A stretch of 64,000 nt of DNA from Eledone cirrhosa (Eukaryota). The notes under the pieces are model-generated. The model searched no databases. It saw nothing but the letters and a program-made list of their open reading frames with translations, and had not been told where the DNA came from. Each line of letters opens with the position of its first letter. Position 1 is the first letter of the stretch. A program made the translations under genes and the position numbers. The stretch is taken from positions 261,268,001 to 261,332,000 of the forward strand of contig OZ024743.1 of assembly GCA_964016885.1 (NCBI GenBank), in the 5' to 3' direction. Below, in pieces: positions 1 through 15,500 of the stretch.

Positions 1-1054
1 ACAGGTGTGGTCGCCGTTTGCCAGATGCGCTTTTCCCCAGCTCATCTCCTCGACGGAGCTGCAGTCCTGGATCAGAAAGAGACCGAGGGATAGCGCTTGG
101 AAGCTGGAATGTCTCCAAGCACTTACTGCCCTCTACCAGCTGGGCACTGATATCGGTGGAACATCCACCTCAACATTCTATAGAGGGCTAGTGGAGGAGA
201 AGAGTGACGATGTTCTCAGGGAGACCCTGGGCGTCAAAGACGATCAGCTGTTGGCTCTCTGTCAGCTCGGGGCCTCTGGACAAGTTCCAGAAATCCCTGA
301 CCTGACAGTGCTACCGCGGAGCGTGGTTGGTTCGGGGTAAGCTCTACAGGCACGGATGTGCTGTCAGCCGAGCCTGTCCGAGATGCGCGCAGGGCAAAAA
401 CCATCCTACACAAACTCCTTCAGTGCCCGAGAATTGCTGACTTGTGGAGCTATGTCGAACAGCTGCTGTCGCGTATAGGACGGATCCGGTTATCGGCTGA
501 GTCCATTGTGCAGACAGCCCCGCAATCCTCCTTTAAAGAGGAGGAATGGCAGGCAGTTTTCATCTGCCTGGTGGCCATGGCAAATGAGATTGTGTGGTGG
601 ACAAGGTTGAAAGAGTTGAAGACGGACAATTTCCTCTCTGGCCAATCCCTGATTAACTTTTTCAAGTTTCACTTGAAGAGGAAAATCAGTGTGGAGAGTG
701 CTGTCTTCTAGTAAGTTTGTTGAAAGGTGAGTGAAAGTGGCGAGTCTGAACCAAGTGAACGAGCCCGCTCTGAGTATGCGCCTGTAGACTGAGGAGTGGG
801 AAAACAGAGAGGGCGCTTGCCTTGGTGGTCAGGGTGGCCGTGGTCTTTTGTGTGGTTTTCGCCATGAATGACCCTCGGAGGTTTACCCCTTTTTGGGAAA
901 TTTTTGTTGTTTGAATTTTTTTATTTATTTTTACACATTTCTATCTTGTTATAACCTTTTTACACGGCCCAAACCCACTTTGTATCGTCCTGTACTGTTC
1001 TGTGCCGTCTCTAATGTTTTTCTTCATGTTAGCCCTTGTGGCCAATAAAGAAAC
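1..1054 (+). mobile_element. Degenerate non-LTR retrotransposon (Tx1/L1-like) ORF2 3' end plus 3' UTR
   Basis: Frameshifted ORF pieces (5-340, 358-711) give a zf-RVT-like C-terminus (CPRC...TILHKLLQCPRIADLWSYVEQ). A T-rich UTR follows and ends in ggccAATAAAgaaa. Homologous to the copy at 1428-2072. Confidence 0.75.
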
Positions 1055-1056
1055 CA

Positions 1057-1425
1057 TTAACTTTGCCTTTCACCCCATAAGGATGAAAGGCAAAGTTAAT
1101 CCCGCTGAGGTTAACTTTGCTTTTCATCCTTACGGGGTCAATAAAATAAAGTACCAGTAATGCACTGGGTACTTGCTGGCCTTGTGCCAAAAGTAGAAAC
1201 AATTATTATTATTATTATTGACAAGGGCGGTGAATTGGCAGTATCGATAGAGGGTCTGACGCCATGCTTTGACGCATAGAGTTATAGCCCTTGCGATTCT
1301 GAGTTCAAATCCTGCCGAGTTTAACTTTGCCTATCATCCTTACGGGGTCGATAAAATAAAGTACCAGTAATGTACTGGGATAATTGCTGGCCTTGTGCCA
1401 ATAGTAGAAACAATTATTATTATTG
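1057..1425 (+). mobile_element. Tandem tRNA-derived SINE copies (Meta-like central domain)
   Basis: Two copies of ttaactttgc..tcatccttacggggtc.ataaaataaagtaccag...ttgctggccttgtgccaa.agtagaaacaattattatt. The second has a tRNA-like head from ~1225 with the B-box GAGTTCAAATCC. Confidence 0.7.
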
Positions 1426-1427
1426 AC

Positions 1428-2072
1428 AAGTGTGTGCAGAGCAACGAAACCATTCTGCACATACTTGTCCAGTGTTCATGCATTACTGGCTTGTGTGGAG
1501 TTATGTTGAACAACTGTTGTTGCGTATAGAACAGATCTGGCTATTGGTCGAGTCCATAGTGAAGATTGTGCCACTGCCTTCTTTTGGCCAGGAAAGGCAG
1601 GCAATTTTACCCTATCTGGTGGCAGTAGCGAAAGAGGTTGTATGGTGGACCAGATTGAAAGGACTGAAGACAGATACTTTTCTCTTCAGCCAATCCCTCA
1701 TCAACTTTTTCAAGTTTCACTTGGAAAGGGAAGTGAGGGTGGAGAGAGAAGTGCTGCCTCCCAGTTCATTTGCTAAAAAGTGGGTGAATGTGGTGAGAAT
1801 GGCCTGTATGAATGGGCCTACTCTCACCTCTAGGCTAGTTAATTTGAGGAGGAGAGAGGGTGCCCTTCCTAGGTGCCTTAGAAGCATCGAGTGGTTCATG
1901 ATTGGTGGTGTACCTGAGTTGATCCTGGGTGGTTATCCCCCCTATTAGGGAATTTTTATTGTTATTTTCTTATTCTTATTTATATTGTTTACACGCATTT
2001 ATGTAAAACCTCCACTGTCCCTGTCTTTTGTATTGTCGCCTTTATGTCGGCCCTCATGGCCAATAAAGAAAT
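1428..2072 (+). mobile_element. Second 5'-truncated Tx1/L1-like LINE 3' end
   Basis: ORF 1430-1948 aligns by eye with 358-711 (WSYVEQLL, VWWTRLK.LKTD.FL..QSLINFFKFHL) and has the same ggccaataaagaaa terminus. Confidence 0.75.
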
Positions 2073-2136
2073 CATTATTATTACCATTAGTAGTAATTGT
2101 AGTAGTAATATTAGTATTGTTATCTATCATTTTTAG

Positions 2137-2296
2137 ATGGATGGTCATATTTTAAAAGTTAAACTGAAAAATCCTAATTGGACAGCGACCCTGGGGAAAG
2201 AAATTGAAATGTGTTACGCCAATGCTGAGGCTTTGTATAAGCCGATCGTTAGTAATCTGCTGGGCGATGATTTCCACTCAGAATTTACCGTGGAAG
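2137..2296 (+). CDS. SYNJ1: Synaptojanin-like gene, first exon visible in window (end of the RRM/DUF1866 region)
   Basis: ttttag| acceptor and G|GTAA donor, phase 0 to 1. MDGHILKVKLKNPNWTATLGKEIEM...SNLLGDDFHSEFTVEG resembles vertebrate synaptojanin-1 as recalled (TIALKSPDW..LEEEM...STLLGED...DFDMEG). Confidence 0.7.
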
Positions 2297-2899
2297 GTAA
2301 TTACTTGTTTTTCACTTTTTTATTATTATCTTCTTTATGCTTCTTTTGCCTCCTGTTGGCCTTCCCCCTTTTTTCTTAATCTCTCTGTCTATCTTGTTTT
2401 TGTTTCTTAACTGTAACTGGAAGTAGATACCTCGCCTGCTCTGTCATGGCTTACTAGCTCTATATGGACGTTTAAATTGATTAAATAAATAAATAAAATA
2501 GTTTGCGATACATATCACCGTTAACATCATCGTAAATTTTATCAACAATTTAACTTGTCAAAAATCAAAGTCCTAGTATGTAGAAAATAAAACAGGGCCC
2601 AGATTCCCTCAAGGAAATGGCTTTGATCAACGTGTAGAAAAGGAGTAGATAGAAATTCCATCCTATGTCCCAAATGCAAAAAGATGTAGTGGGATCTCAG
2701 GCAAGCTAGCAATGAATGTAGGTTTTACATGTGGCTCTATAGAAGTAGTATATAATTCATGTTACTTGGATGGCCTCCAGTGGAGGAGGGTGTTCCAAAA
2801 ACACAGTAGCCAGAGTGAGAATGGGTTGGAGAAAGTTCAGGAGTTACTACTGCTGCTAACTACAAAAGGTTTTTCCCTCGCACTACCCCCACCCAACTC

Positions 2900-3190
2900 C
2901 CCAGTCCACACTGTAAAGTGGCCGTTTTGTTGCCACAACAAAAAGTGCCTAGTCCACACTGTAAAGTGGTTGTGTAGGTGTCACAACAAAAACCACCCAG
3001 CACACTGTAAATGTGGTTGCATTAGGAAGGACATCCAGCTGTAGAAACCAAGCCAAAATCAGTTCTATATGAGCAAGACACGGTCATCTGACCTGGTTTG
3101 TCTCAATGAGATAGCTCATCTAACCCATACTAGCGTGGAAAATGGACGTTAAATGGTGATGATGATGATGATCATCATCATCATCATTTC
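2900..3190 (+). mobile_element. SINE 3' part with RTE-type (GAT)n tail
   Basis: Repeated cacactgtaaa.tgg units, then attaggaaggacatccagctgtagaaacc, then aacccat...ggacgttaaa(tga)n. The same body occurs at 24180, 38545 and 63750. Confidence 0.65.
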
Positions 3191-3712
3191 GTTCAAAACA
3201 CTGCTGCTTGCAACAGTATCATGATCACTACCATTACAATTGCCTTCATCATCATACAGCCATCATCATCATCATGTTTTTAATTGTGAATTGGCAGAGT
3301 CGTTAGGATGCCAGTATTTGTTCCAGCTCTGAGTTTAAATCCCACTAAGGTTAACTTTGTCTAAACATTAAATTGATGTTTGAAACATAACTTAACAAAG
3401 GTTAATTATGATGGAAAGTTTTTAGATAAAAATAAACAACATTTTATCATAGAACCAGAGGCAGTTTCAAGTGGTTTGGTATCAAAAAGGTTAATATATA
3501 AACATATATTTATCCTCACCCCAAGCGGATAAATCTTTCGCCTTTACCTAAAGATTTACGTGGGGAGGAACAATTTAATTGTATCATAATAAATAAAGAG
3601 AATTTTATCATAGAACCAGTGACAGTTTCAAGTGGCTTGGTGTCTGTCAAAAAAGTTAATATATTTTGTTTTATTGAATGCAATAATATTATTTTGTCTT
3701 TTCTTTTCCCAG

Positions 3713-3805
3713 GAAACGTTGATTTTGACCTTGTTGAACCACAAGATTTAATATTATCTGTTCCACAATTAGCTACTTGGTCACGAGCAAGCACACCATC
3801 TTCTG
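3713..3805 (+). CDS. SYNJ1: Synaptojanin-like gene exon
   Basis: Pyrimidine tract plus cccag| acceptor and G|GTAAG donor, phase 1 to 1. Encodes (G)NVDFDLVEPQDLILSVPQLATWSRASTPSS. Confidence 0.75.
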
Positions 3806-4159
3806 GTAAGAATACTTCTTTCCTTTGCTACATTCCATTACTCATCTAGCAATATTGCAAACCACAAGAGAGTCAATGAACACTTTTACTTGCTTTTCCT
3901 ATTGGACTGTGACTATTCTGGGGCACTGCCACAATAAATCTGTTTGATTTGATTCTCAATTATGGCTGGACTGGAGAACATTTTTTGAGTCAATATTCTA
4001 TGGCTAAATTCCCATCCTGATGCCAATTTATACTTGTTTGTTTTGTTTTGTTGTATGAAGTAAGATATTTCTTCTACTGAATTTCATATATCAAATCACT
4101 AAGCTGCAGGACATAAACAGACACCACAGCCTCTCCAGTCGATGCCAATGCAACGACAC

Positions 4160-4352
4160 ACAGAGACAAAATTAATGCATGCACACATACACACAAAATG
4201 GGCTTCCACACAGTTTCCATCTACTAATTTCACTTGCAATGCATCAGTCAGTATAAACCTCCAATCGGAGACACTTGCCCAAGGTGCCATGCATTGTGAC
4301 TGAGCCAGAAGCCATGTGTTTGTGGAGTGAACTTTCTAACCACACAGCCATA
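4160..4352 (-). mobile_element. tRNA-derived CORE-type SINE
   Basis: Reverse strand reads tggctgtgtggttagaaag (A-box-like head) followed by CORE-like ggcaccttgggcaagtgtct. Confidence 0.55.
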
Positions 4353-4479
4353 TCATTACATCAACATTGTTTCAAATGTATGGATGTGTCATCTAGTTTC
4401 ATTTTCTGTTAAAATAGAAAATTCCTATATGATTGACCTGCAGGCATTATATAAAAATACATTTCTGTTTTGCATGTTC

Positions 4480-4840
4480 CAATGGATGTGGTATGTTAAG
4501 CATGTATGAATGGTGAAACATGGGAGAGCTGAAAGAAAAACTAGGTATAAGAAGAACTCAGATATAGTAGAAAAGAGAGAAGACTGTGCCAGTGTGGACA
4601 TGTGATGTATAGGAATGATGATCATTGAGTGAAGAAGTGCCAAATTATCTTAGTAGAAGGAAATTGCAGCAAAGGAAGACTGAAGAAGACTTGAGCAGAA
4701 GTGGTGTGAGCTGATCTCAAAATTCTGAACTTCACTAAGGAGATGACAAAGGAATGCAATAGGTGGAAGCAGGCTATGCTGGAAAAGACCTATCCAACCC
4801 ATACAAATATGAAAAAAATGGATATAAATTAATGAAGATG
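4480..4840 (+). mobile_element. Degraded RTE-clade LINE 3' end
   Basis: Nucleotide similarity to 23160-23400 (aagaagtgccaa...gtagaaggaa...ggaagac...ggagatgac.aagga) with stops. Confidence 0.6.
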
Positions 4841-5001
4841 GTGAATTTAGATTGCAATAGCTCTCAGCTATATCATTTCATTTATATCACTAATTCTATC
4901 TGTTTGGGACATGTGAATGTCACAATTTTTAGTTTCATTTTCTGTTAAAAAATTGGAAATTTTTACAAGTGTTATACTAAAATACATTTATTTTATTTTA
5001 G

Positions 5002-5156
5002 ATCGTGTTAGCCCTGTTGCATCTGATGACAGTTATTCTGATAAATCTTCTCGACCTGACCATCCACCTGTTCGTCCACCTCCCCCTGCTGTAGCATCTA
5101 AATGCCAGCCATGTAGTAGCCACCAACTCACTGGTGGTGCAGATATTGGTTCACAG
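5002..5156 (+). CDS. SYNJ1: Synaptojanin-like gene exon (start of proline-rich domain)
   Basis: ttttag| acceptor and CAG|GTAAT donor, phase 1 to 0. Encodes (D)RVSPVASDD...RPDHPPVRPPPPAVASK...GSQ. Confidence 0.75.
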
Positions 5157-6495
5157 GTAATCATATCTTTCACATTTAATCATTTCCTGGTTGTAATTCT
5201 AAACAGATAAATTCTATTTTAATTAATTAATGAAGAATTTTGAAGGATTTGCTAAAGTTATTAATCATTTCATTACTAAGATAATAATTTAACATACAGT
5301 TCTTATATAAAAGTAACTGAAATATCATCAACTAGGTGATTTTTCTGCCAGTGTGTGTGTATTGTAATGTCTATCAATATATGCAAATGTATGATAAGTG
5401 AAAATTACATTTAATTTAATACAATAACATTTATTCATGACAAAATGGTGACCCAAAACTTAATTAAGCAAAGATGTGATATGAACCCATAATGTGCAGA
5501 GCCACAATTGAATCAGGCCAGCACAGCACCATCAATGAGATTTTAACTTGCACTGATTTTCAAATAAAATAGTTTTTTTATTTATCAACTCTTAGATACT
5601 CCACAGCTTCTATTCTAGGAGTATGCAGTCTAGTGAAGCACAATTAAAGGACAAGATTTCTTTCATGATATGAGAATGATAAGAATTTGCAATAACTTAT
5701 TTAATTTTGCTGTTTATTTATGTTAATACTTAAGTGAAATACCAAAACCAGAAAGCCATATGAACACATGCAAGGAAATATACATTTAGTATTATAGATT
5801 ATGATAGAAGATTTTGATTTAAATAGGAACTCTTTAAAATGTGTGGTTTTATTTCATAGAACCAGATTTAATTTTGGGTGGGTTGGTGTCTGAAGGGTCG
5901 ATCTCTTTAGGCAGTGAATTGGCAGAAATTTTAGAGCATTGGTATTTGTTCCAGTTCTCTGCATTCTGAGTTGAAATCTCGTCAAGATTAACTTTGCTTT
6001 CATCTTTCAGAGTCAATAAATAAAGTGCTAGTTCATGAGAGTTGGGTTGGTGGAATTCTTAAAGAGTCAAAAAGGATACTTTGTGGTATCTTGTCATGTG
6101 TGGTCTGAGTTCAAATCATACCTCCTTCTGCCAGGAGTTGCATGTGGTAGATACTATCAGCAATGGTAATAAAGGTGGAAACGCAGTTTTCCCTGGTGCA
6201 ATCTGATGATCAGCTTCTTTCCTTTTTAATCTCTTCTAAATTCATATAAAGCCTGTTTTGTGTGTGTGTGTGGGGGAGGGGGGGTACTGTCTACTTTCCA
6301 ACTCTACCGTGGGTGGGATAACTTTGTAAATTTTGGCATTTGCATATTGTTGGAACAATTATTTTTCAGGTAATAAAGAACTCTCTCTCTCTCTCTTCCT
6401 CCTTCTTTTTCTTTCCATCTCTTTCACCTGAAATGCTGTATGGTAGTGCTACTCGTATGTATACTTATGAAGGTGCCTTTTTGTATTTTAAATAG

Positions 6496-6565
6496 AAAAA
6501 AGTACCCCCACAAAGACCGGGCAAACCACCACCACGACCAACCTCCGGACCATCAAAAGCAAAAG
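6496..6565 (+). CDS. SYNJ1: Synaptojanin-like gene exon (SH3-binding PxxP motifs)
   Basis: aatag| acceptor and AAG|GTAAAG donor, phase 0 to 1. Encodes KKVPPQRPGKPPPRPTSGPSKAK, a frame not shown in the ORF track. Confidence 0.7.
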
Positions 6566-6579
6566 GTAAAGTTAACCTG

Positions 6580-9500
6580 TACTACCATTACCACTACTAC
6601 TGTTACTACTGCCAACACCACTATTACTAATATTACAACTGCCAACACATCCACTAGTACTACAAACACCAGTACAACTACTACTATCAACACCATTACT
6701 ACTACTATCAACACCATTACTACTACTATCAACACCATTACTACTACTCTCAACACCATTACTACTACTATCAACACCACTACAACTCCTACTATCAACA
6801 CTACTACTACTACTACTATCAACACCACTACTACTACTATCAACACCATTACTACTACTATTCACACCACTACAACTCCTACTATCAACACCACAACTAC
6901 TACTATCAACACTACTACTACTACTATCAACACCACCACTACTACTATCAACACCACAACTACTACTATCAACACCACAACTACTACTATCAACACCACA
7001 ACTACTACTATCAACACCACTACTACTACTATCAACACTACTACTACTATCAAGACCACAACTACTACTATTCACACCACTACAACTACTACTATCAACA
7101 CTACTACTACTACTATCAACACCACCACTACTACTATCAACACCACAACTACTACTATCAACACCACTACTACTACTATCAACACTACTACTACTATCAA
7201 CACCACAACTACTACTATTCACACCACTACAACTACTACTATCAACACCACTACTACTACTACTATCAACACTACTACTACTATCAACACCACAACTACT
7301 ACTATTCACACCACTACAACTACTACTATCAACACTACTACTACTACTATCAACACCACTACTACTACTATCAACACCACAACTACTACTATCAACACCA
7401 CTACTACTACTATCAACACCACTACAACTACTATCAACACCACTACTACTACTATCAACACCACTACTACTACTATCAACACCACTATTACTACTATCAA
7501 CACCACTACTACTACTACTATCAACACCACTACTACTACTATCAACACCACTACTACTACTATCAACACCACTACTACTACTATCAACACTACTACTACT
7601 ACTATCAACACCACTACTACTACTATCAACACCACTACTACTACTATCAACACCACTACTACTACTATCAACACCATTACTACTACTATCAACACCACTA
7701 CTACTACTATCAACACCACTATTACTACTATCAACACCACTACTACTACTACTATCAACACCACTACTACTACTATCAACACCACTACTACTACTATCAA
7801 CACCACTACTACTACTATTCACACCACTACAACTACTACTATCAACACCACTACTACTACTATCAACACCACTACTACTACTATCAACACCACTACTACT
7901 ACTATCGACACCACTACTACTACTATCAACACCACAACTACTACTATTCACACCACTACAACTACTAGTATCAACACCAATACTACTACTATCAACACCA
8001 CTACTACTACTATCAACACCACTACTACTACTATCAACACCACTACTACTACTATTCACACCACTACTACTACTATCAACACCACGACTACTACTATTCA
8101 CACCACTACAACTACTACTATCAACACCACTACTACTACTATCAACACCACAACTACTACTATCAACACCACTACTACTACTATCAACACCACTACTACT
8201 ATCAACACCACTACAACTACTACTATCAACACCACTACTACTACTATCAACACTACTACTACTACTATCAACAGCACTACTACTACTATCAACACCACTA
8301 CTACTATCAACACCACTACAACTACTACTATCAACACCACTACTACTACTATCAACACTACTACTACTATCAACACCACTACTACTACTATCAACACCAC
8401 TACTACTACTATCAACACCACTACTACTACTATCAACACTACTACTACTACTACTATCAACACCACTACTACTATCAACACCACTACAACTACTACTATC
8501 AACACCACTACTACTACTATCAACACCACTACTACTACTATCAACACTACTACTACTACTACTATCAACACCACTACTACTACTATCAACACCACTACTA
8601 CTACTATCAACACCACTACTACTACTATCAACACCACTACTACTACTATCAACACCACTACTACTACTATCAACACCACTACTACTACTATCAACACCAC
8701 TACTACTATCAACACCACTACAACTACTACTATCAACACCACTACTACTACTATCAACACCACTACTACTACTATCAACACTACTACTACTACTACTATC
8801 AACACCACTACTACTACTATCAACACCACTACTACTTCTATCAACACCACTACTACTACTATCAACACCATTACTACTACTATCAACACTACTACTACTA
8901 TCAACACCACTACTACTACTATCAACACCACTACTACTACTATCAACACCACTACTACTACTATCAACACCACTACTACTACTATCAACACCACTACTAC
9001 TACTATCAAGACCACTACTACTACTATCAACACCACTACTACTTCTATCAACACCACTACTACTACTATCAACACTACTACTACTACTACTATCAAGACC
9101 ACAACTACTACTATCAACACCACTACTACTACTATCAACGCCACTACTACTACTATCAACGCCACAACTACTACTATCAACGCCACTACTACTACTATCA
9201 ACACCACTACTACTACTATCAACGCCACTACTACTACTATCAACGCCACTACTACTACTATCAACACCACAACTACTACTATCAACACCACAACTACTAC
9301 TATCAACACCACTACTACTACTATCAACACCACTACTACTACTATCAACACCACTACTACTACTATCAACACCACTACTACTACTATCAACACCACAACT
9401 ACTACTATCAACGCCACTACTACTACTATCAACACGACTACTACTACTATCAACACTACTACTACTACTACTATCAAGACCACAACTACTACTATCAACA

Positions 9501-12500
9501 CCACTACTACTGCTATCAACACTACTACTACTACTACTATCAACACCACTACTACTACTATCAACACCACTACTACTACTATCAACACCACTACTACTAC
9601 TATCAACACCACTACTACTATCAACACCACTACTACTACTATCAACACCACTACTACTACTATCAACACTACTACTACTACTATCAACACTACTACTACT
9701 ACTATCAACACTACTACTACTACTATCAACACCACTACTACTACTATCAACACCACTACTACTATCAACGCCACTACTACTACTATCAACACCACTACTA
9801 CTACTATCAACACCACTACTACTACTATCAACACCCCTACTACTACTATCAACACCACTACTACTACTACTACTACTATCAACACCACTACTACTATCAA
9901 CACCATTACTACTACTATCAACGCCACTACTACTACTATCAACGCCACAACTACTACTATCAACACCACTACTACTATCAACGCCACTACTACTACTATC
10001 AACACCACTACTACTACTATCAACACTGCTACTACTACTATCAACACTACTACTACTACTATCAACACTACTACTATCAACACCACTACTACTACTATCA
10101 ACACCACTACTACTATCAACGCCACTACTACTACTATCAACACCACTACTACTATCAACACCACTACTACTATCAACACCACTACTACTACTATCAACAC
10201 CACTACTACTACTATCAACACTGCTACTACTACTATCAAGACCACAACTACTACTATCAACACCACAACTACTACTATCAACACCACTACTACTACTATT
10301 CACACCACTACTACTACTATCAACACCACTACTACTACTATCAACACCACTACTACTACTACTATCAACACCACTACTACTACTATTCACACCACTACTA
10401 CTACTATTCACACCACTACTACTACTATCAACACCACTACTACTACTATTCACACCACTACTACTACTATTCACACCACTACTACTACTATCAACACCAC
10501 TACTACTACTATTCACACCATTACTACTACTATCATCACCACTACTACTACTATTCACACCACCACTACTACTATTACTATCAACACTACTACTACTACT
10601 ATCAACACCACTACTACTACTATCAACACCACTATTACTACTATCAACACTACTACTACTACTATCAACACCACTACTACTACTATCAACACCACTATTA
10701 CTACTATCAACACCACTACTACTACTATCAACACCACTACTACTACTATCAACACCACTACTACTACTATCAACACCACTACTACTACTATCAACACCAC
10801 AACTACTACTATCAACACCACAACTACTACCATCAACACTACTACTACTACTATCAACACCACTACTACTATCAACACCACTACTACTACTATCAACACC
10901 ACTACTACTACTATCAACACCACTACTACTACTATCAACACCACTACTACTACTATCAACACCACTACTACTACTATCAACACCACAACTACTACTATCA
11001 ACACCACAACTACTACTATCAACACCACTACTACTACTACTATCAACACCACTACTACTACTATCAACACCACTACTACTACTATCAACACCACTACTAC
11101 TACTATCAACACCACTACTACTACTATCAACACCACAACTACTACTATCAATACCACTACTACTACTATCAACACCACAACTACTACTATCAACACCACA
11201 ACTACTACTATCAACACCACTACTACTACTATCAACACCACTACTACTACTATCAACACCACTACTACTACTATCAACACCACTACTACTACTATCAACA
11301 CCACTACTACTACTATCAACACCACTACTACTACTATCAACACCATTACTACTACTATCAACACTACTACTACTACTACTACTATCAACACCACAACTAC
11401 TACTATCAACACCACAACTACTACTATCAACACCACTACTACTACTATCAACACCACTACTACTACTATCAACACCACTACTACTACTATCAACACCACT
11501 ACTACTACTATCAACAACACTACTACTACTATCAACACCACTACTACTACTATCAACACCACTACTACTACTATCAACACCACAACTACTACTATCAACA
11601 CCACTACTACTAGTATCAACACCACTACTACTACTATCAACACCATTACTACTACTATCAACACCACTACTACTACTATCAACACCACTACTACTACTAT
11701 CAACACCACTACTACTACTACTATCAACACCACTACTACTACTATCAACACCACTACTACTACTATCAACACCACTACTACTACTACTATCAACACCACT
11801 ACTACTACTATCAACACCACTACTACTACTATCAACACCACTACTACTACTACTACTATCAACACTACTACTACTACTACTATCAGCACCATTACTACTA
11901 TCAACACCACTACTACTACTATTCACACCACTACTACTACTACTATCAACACCACTACTACTACTATCAACACCACTACTACTACTATCAACACCACTAC
12001 TACTACTATCAACACTACTACTACTACTATCAACACCACTACTACTACTACTATCAACACCACTACTACTAGTATCAACACCATTACTACTACTATCAAC
12101 ACTACTACTACTACTATCAACACCACTACTACTACTATCAACACTACTACTACTACTATCAACACCACTACTACTACTACTATCAACACCATTACTACTA
12201 CTATCAACACCACTACTACTACTATCAACACCACTACTACTACTATCAACACTACTACTACTACTACTACTATCAACACCACTACTACTACTATCAACAC
12301 CACTACTACTACTATCAACACCACTACTACTACTATCAACACCACAACTACTACTATCAACACCACTACTACTACTATCAACACCACTACTACTACTATC
12401 AACACCATTACTACTACTATCAACACTACTACTACTATCAACACCACTACTACTACTAACAACACCACTACTACTACTATGAACACCACTACTACTACTA

Positions 12501-15500
12501 TCAACACCACTACTACTACTATTCACACTACTACTACTACTATTCACACCACTACTACTACTATCAACACCACTACTACTACTATCAACACCACTACTAC
12601 TACTATCAACACCACAACTACTACTATCAACACCACTACTACTACTATCAACACCACTACTACTACTATCAACACTACTACTACTACTATCAACACCACA
12701 ACTACTACTATCAACACCACTACTACTACTATTCACACCACTACTACTACTATCAACACCACTACTACTACTATCAACACCACTACTACTACTATTCACA
12801 CTACTACTACTACTATTCACACCACTACTACTACTATCAACACCACTACTACTACTATCAACACCACTACTACTACTATCAACACCACAACTACTACTAT
12901 CAACACCACTACTACTACTATCAACACCACTACTACTACTATCAACACTACTACTACTACTATCAACACCACAACTACTACTATCAACACCACTACTACT
13001 ACTATTCACACCACAACTACTACTATCAACACCACTACTACTACTATCAACACCACTACTACTACTATCAACACCACTACTACTACTATCAAAACTACTA
13101 CTACTATCAACACCACTACAAATACTACTATCAACACCACTACTACTACTAACAACACCACTACTACTACTATGAACACCACTACTATTACTATCAACAC
13201 CACTACTACTACTATTCACACTACTACTACTACTATTCACACCACTACTACTACTATCAACACCACTACTACTACTATCAACACCACTACTACTACTATC
13301 AACACCACTACTACTACTATCAACGCCACAACTACTACTATCAACACCACTACTACTACTATCAACACCACTACTACTACTATCAACACCATTACTACTA
13401 CTATCAACACCACTACTACTACTATCAACACCACTACTACTACTATCAACACCATTACTACTACTATCAACACCACTACTACTACTATCAACACCATTAC
13501 TACTACTATCAACACCACTACTACTACTATCAACACCACTACTACTACTATCAACACCACTACTAGTACTATCAACACCACTACTACTACTATCAACACC
13601 ACTACTACTACTATCAACACCACAACTACTACTACTATCAACACTACTACTACTACTATCAACACCATTACTACTACTATCAACAACATTACTACTACTA
13701 TCAACACCACTACTACTACTATCAACACCATTACTACTACTATCAACACCATTACTACTACTATCAACACCACTACTACTACTATCAACACCATTACTAC
13801 TACTATCAACACCACTACTAGTACTATCAACACCACAACTACTACTATCAACACCACTACTACTACTATCAACACTACTACTACTACTATCAACACCACT
13901 ACTACTACTATCAACACCACTACTACTACTATCAACACCACTACAACTACTATCAACACCACTACAACTACTACTATCAACACCACTACTACTACTATCA
14001 ACACCACTACTACTACTATCAACACCACTACTACTACTATCAACACCATTACTACTACTATCAACACCAATACTACTACTATCAACACCACTACTACTAC
14101 TATCAACACCACTACTACTACTATCAACACCACTACTACTACTATCAACACCACCACTACTACTATCAACACCACTACTACTACTATCAACACCACTACT
14201 ACTACTATCAACACCATTACTACTACTGTCAACACCACTACTACTACTATCAACACCAATACTACTACTATCAACACCACTACTACTACTATCAACACCA
14301 CAACTACTACTATCAACACCACTACTACTACTATCAACACCACTACTACTACTATCAACACCACTACTACTACTATCAACACCACTACTACTACTATTCA
14401 CACCACTACTACTACTATTCACACTACTACTACTATTATTCACACCACTACTACTACTATCAACACCACTACTACTACTATCAACACCACTACTACTACT
14501 ATCAACACCACTACTACTACTATCAACACTACTACTACTACTGTCAACACCACTACTACTACTATCAACACCACTACTACTACTATCAACACTACTACTA
14601 CTACTATCAACACCACTACTACTACTATTCACACCACTACTACTACTATTCACACTACTACTACTATTATTCACACCACTACTACTACTATCAACACCAC
14701 TACTACTACTATCAACACCACTACTACTACTATCAACACCACTACTACTACTATCAACACCACTACTACTACTATCAACACCATTACTACTACTATCAAC
14801 ACCACTACTACTACTATCAACACCACTACTACTACTATCAACACCACTACTACTACTATCAACACCACTACTACTACTATCAACACTACTACTACTACTG
14901 TCAACACCACTACTACTACTATCAACACCACTACTACTACTATAAACACTACTACTACTACTATCAACACCACTACTACTACTATTCACACCACTACTAC
15001 TACTATTCACACTACTACTACTATTATTCACACCACTACTACTACTATCAACACCACTACTACTACTATCAACACCACTACAACTACTATCAACACCACT
15101 ACTACTACTATCAACACCACTACTACTACTATCAACACCACTACAACTACTACTATCAACACCACTACTACTACTATCAACACCACTACTACTACTATCA
15201 ACACCACTACTACTACTATCAACACCATTACTACTACTATCAACACTACTACTACTACTATCAACACCACTACTACTACTATCAACACCATTACTACTAC
15301 TATCAACACCACTACTACTACTATCAAAACCACTACAACTACTACTATCAACACCACTACTACTACTATCAACACCACTACTACTACTATCAACACCACC
15401 ACTACTACTATCAACACTACTACTACTACTATCAACACCACTACTACTACTATCAACACCACTACTAGTACTATCAACACCACTACTACTACTATCAACA

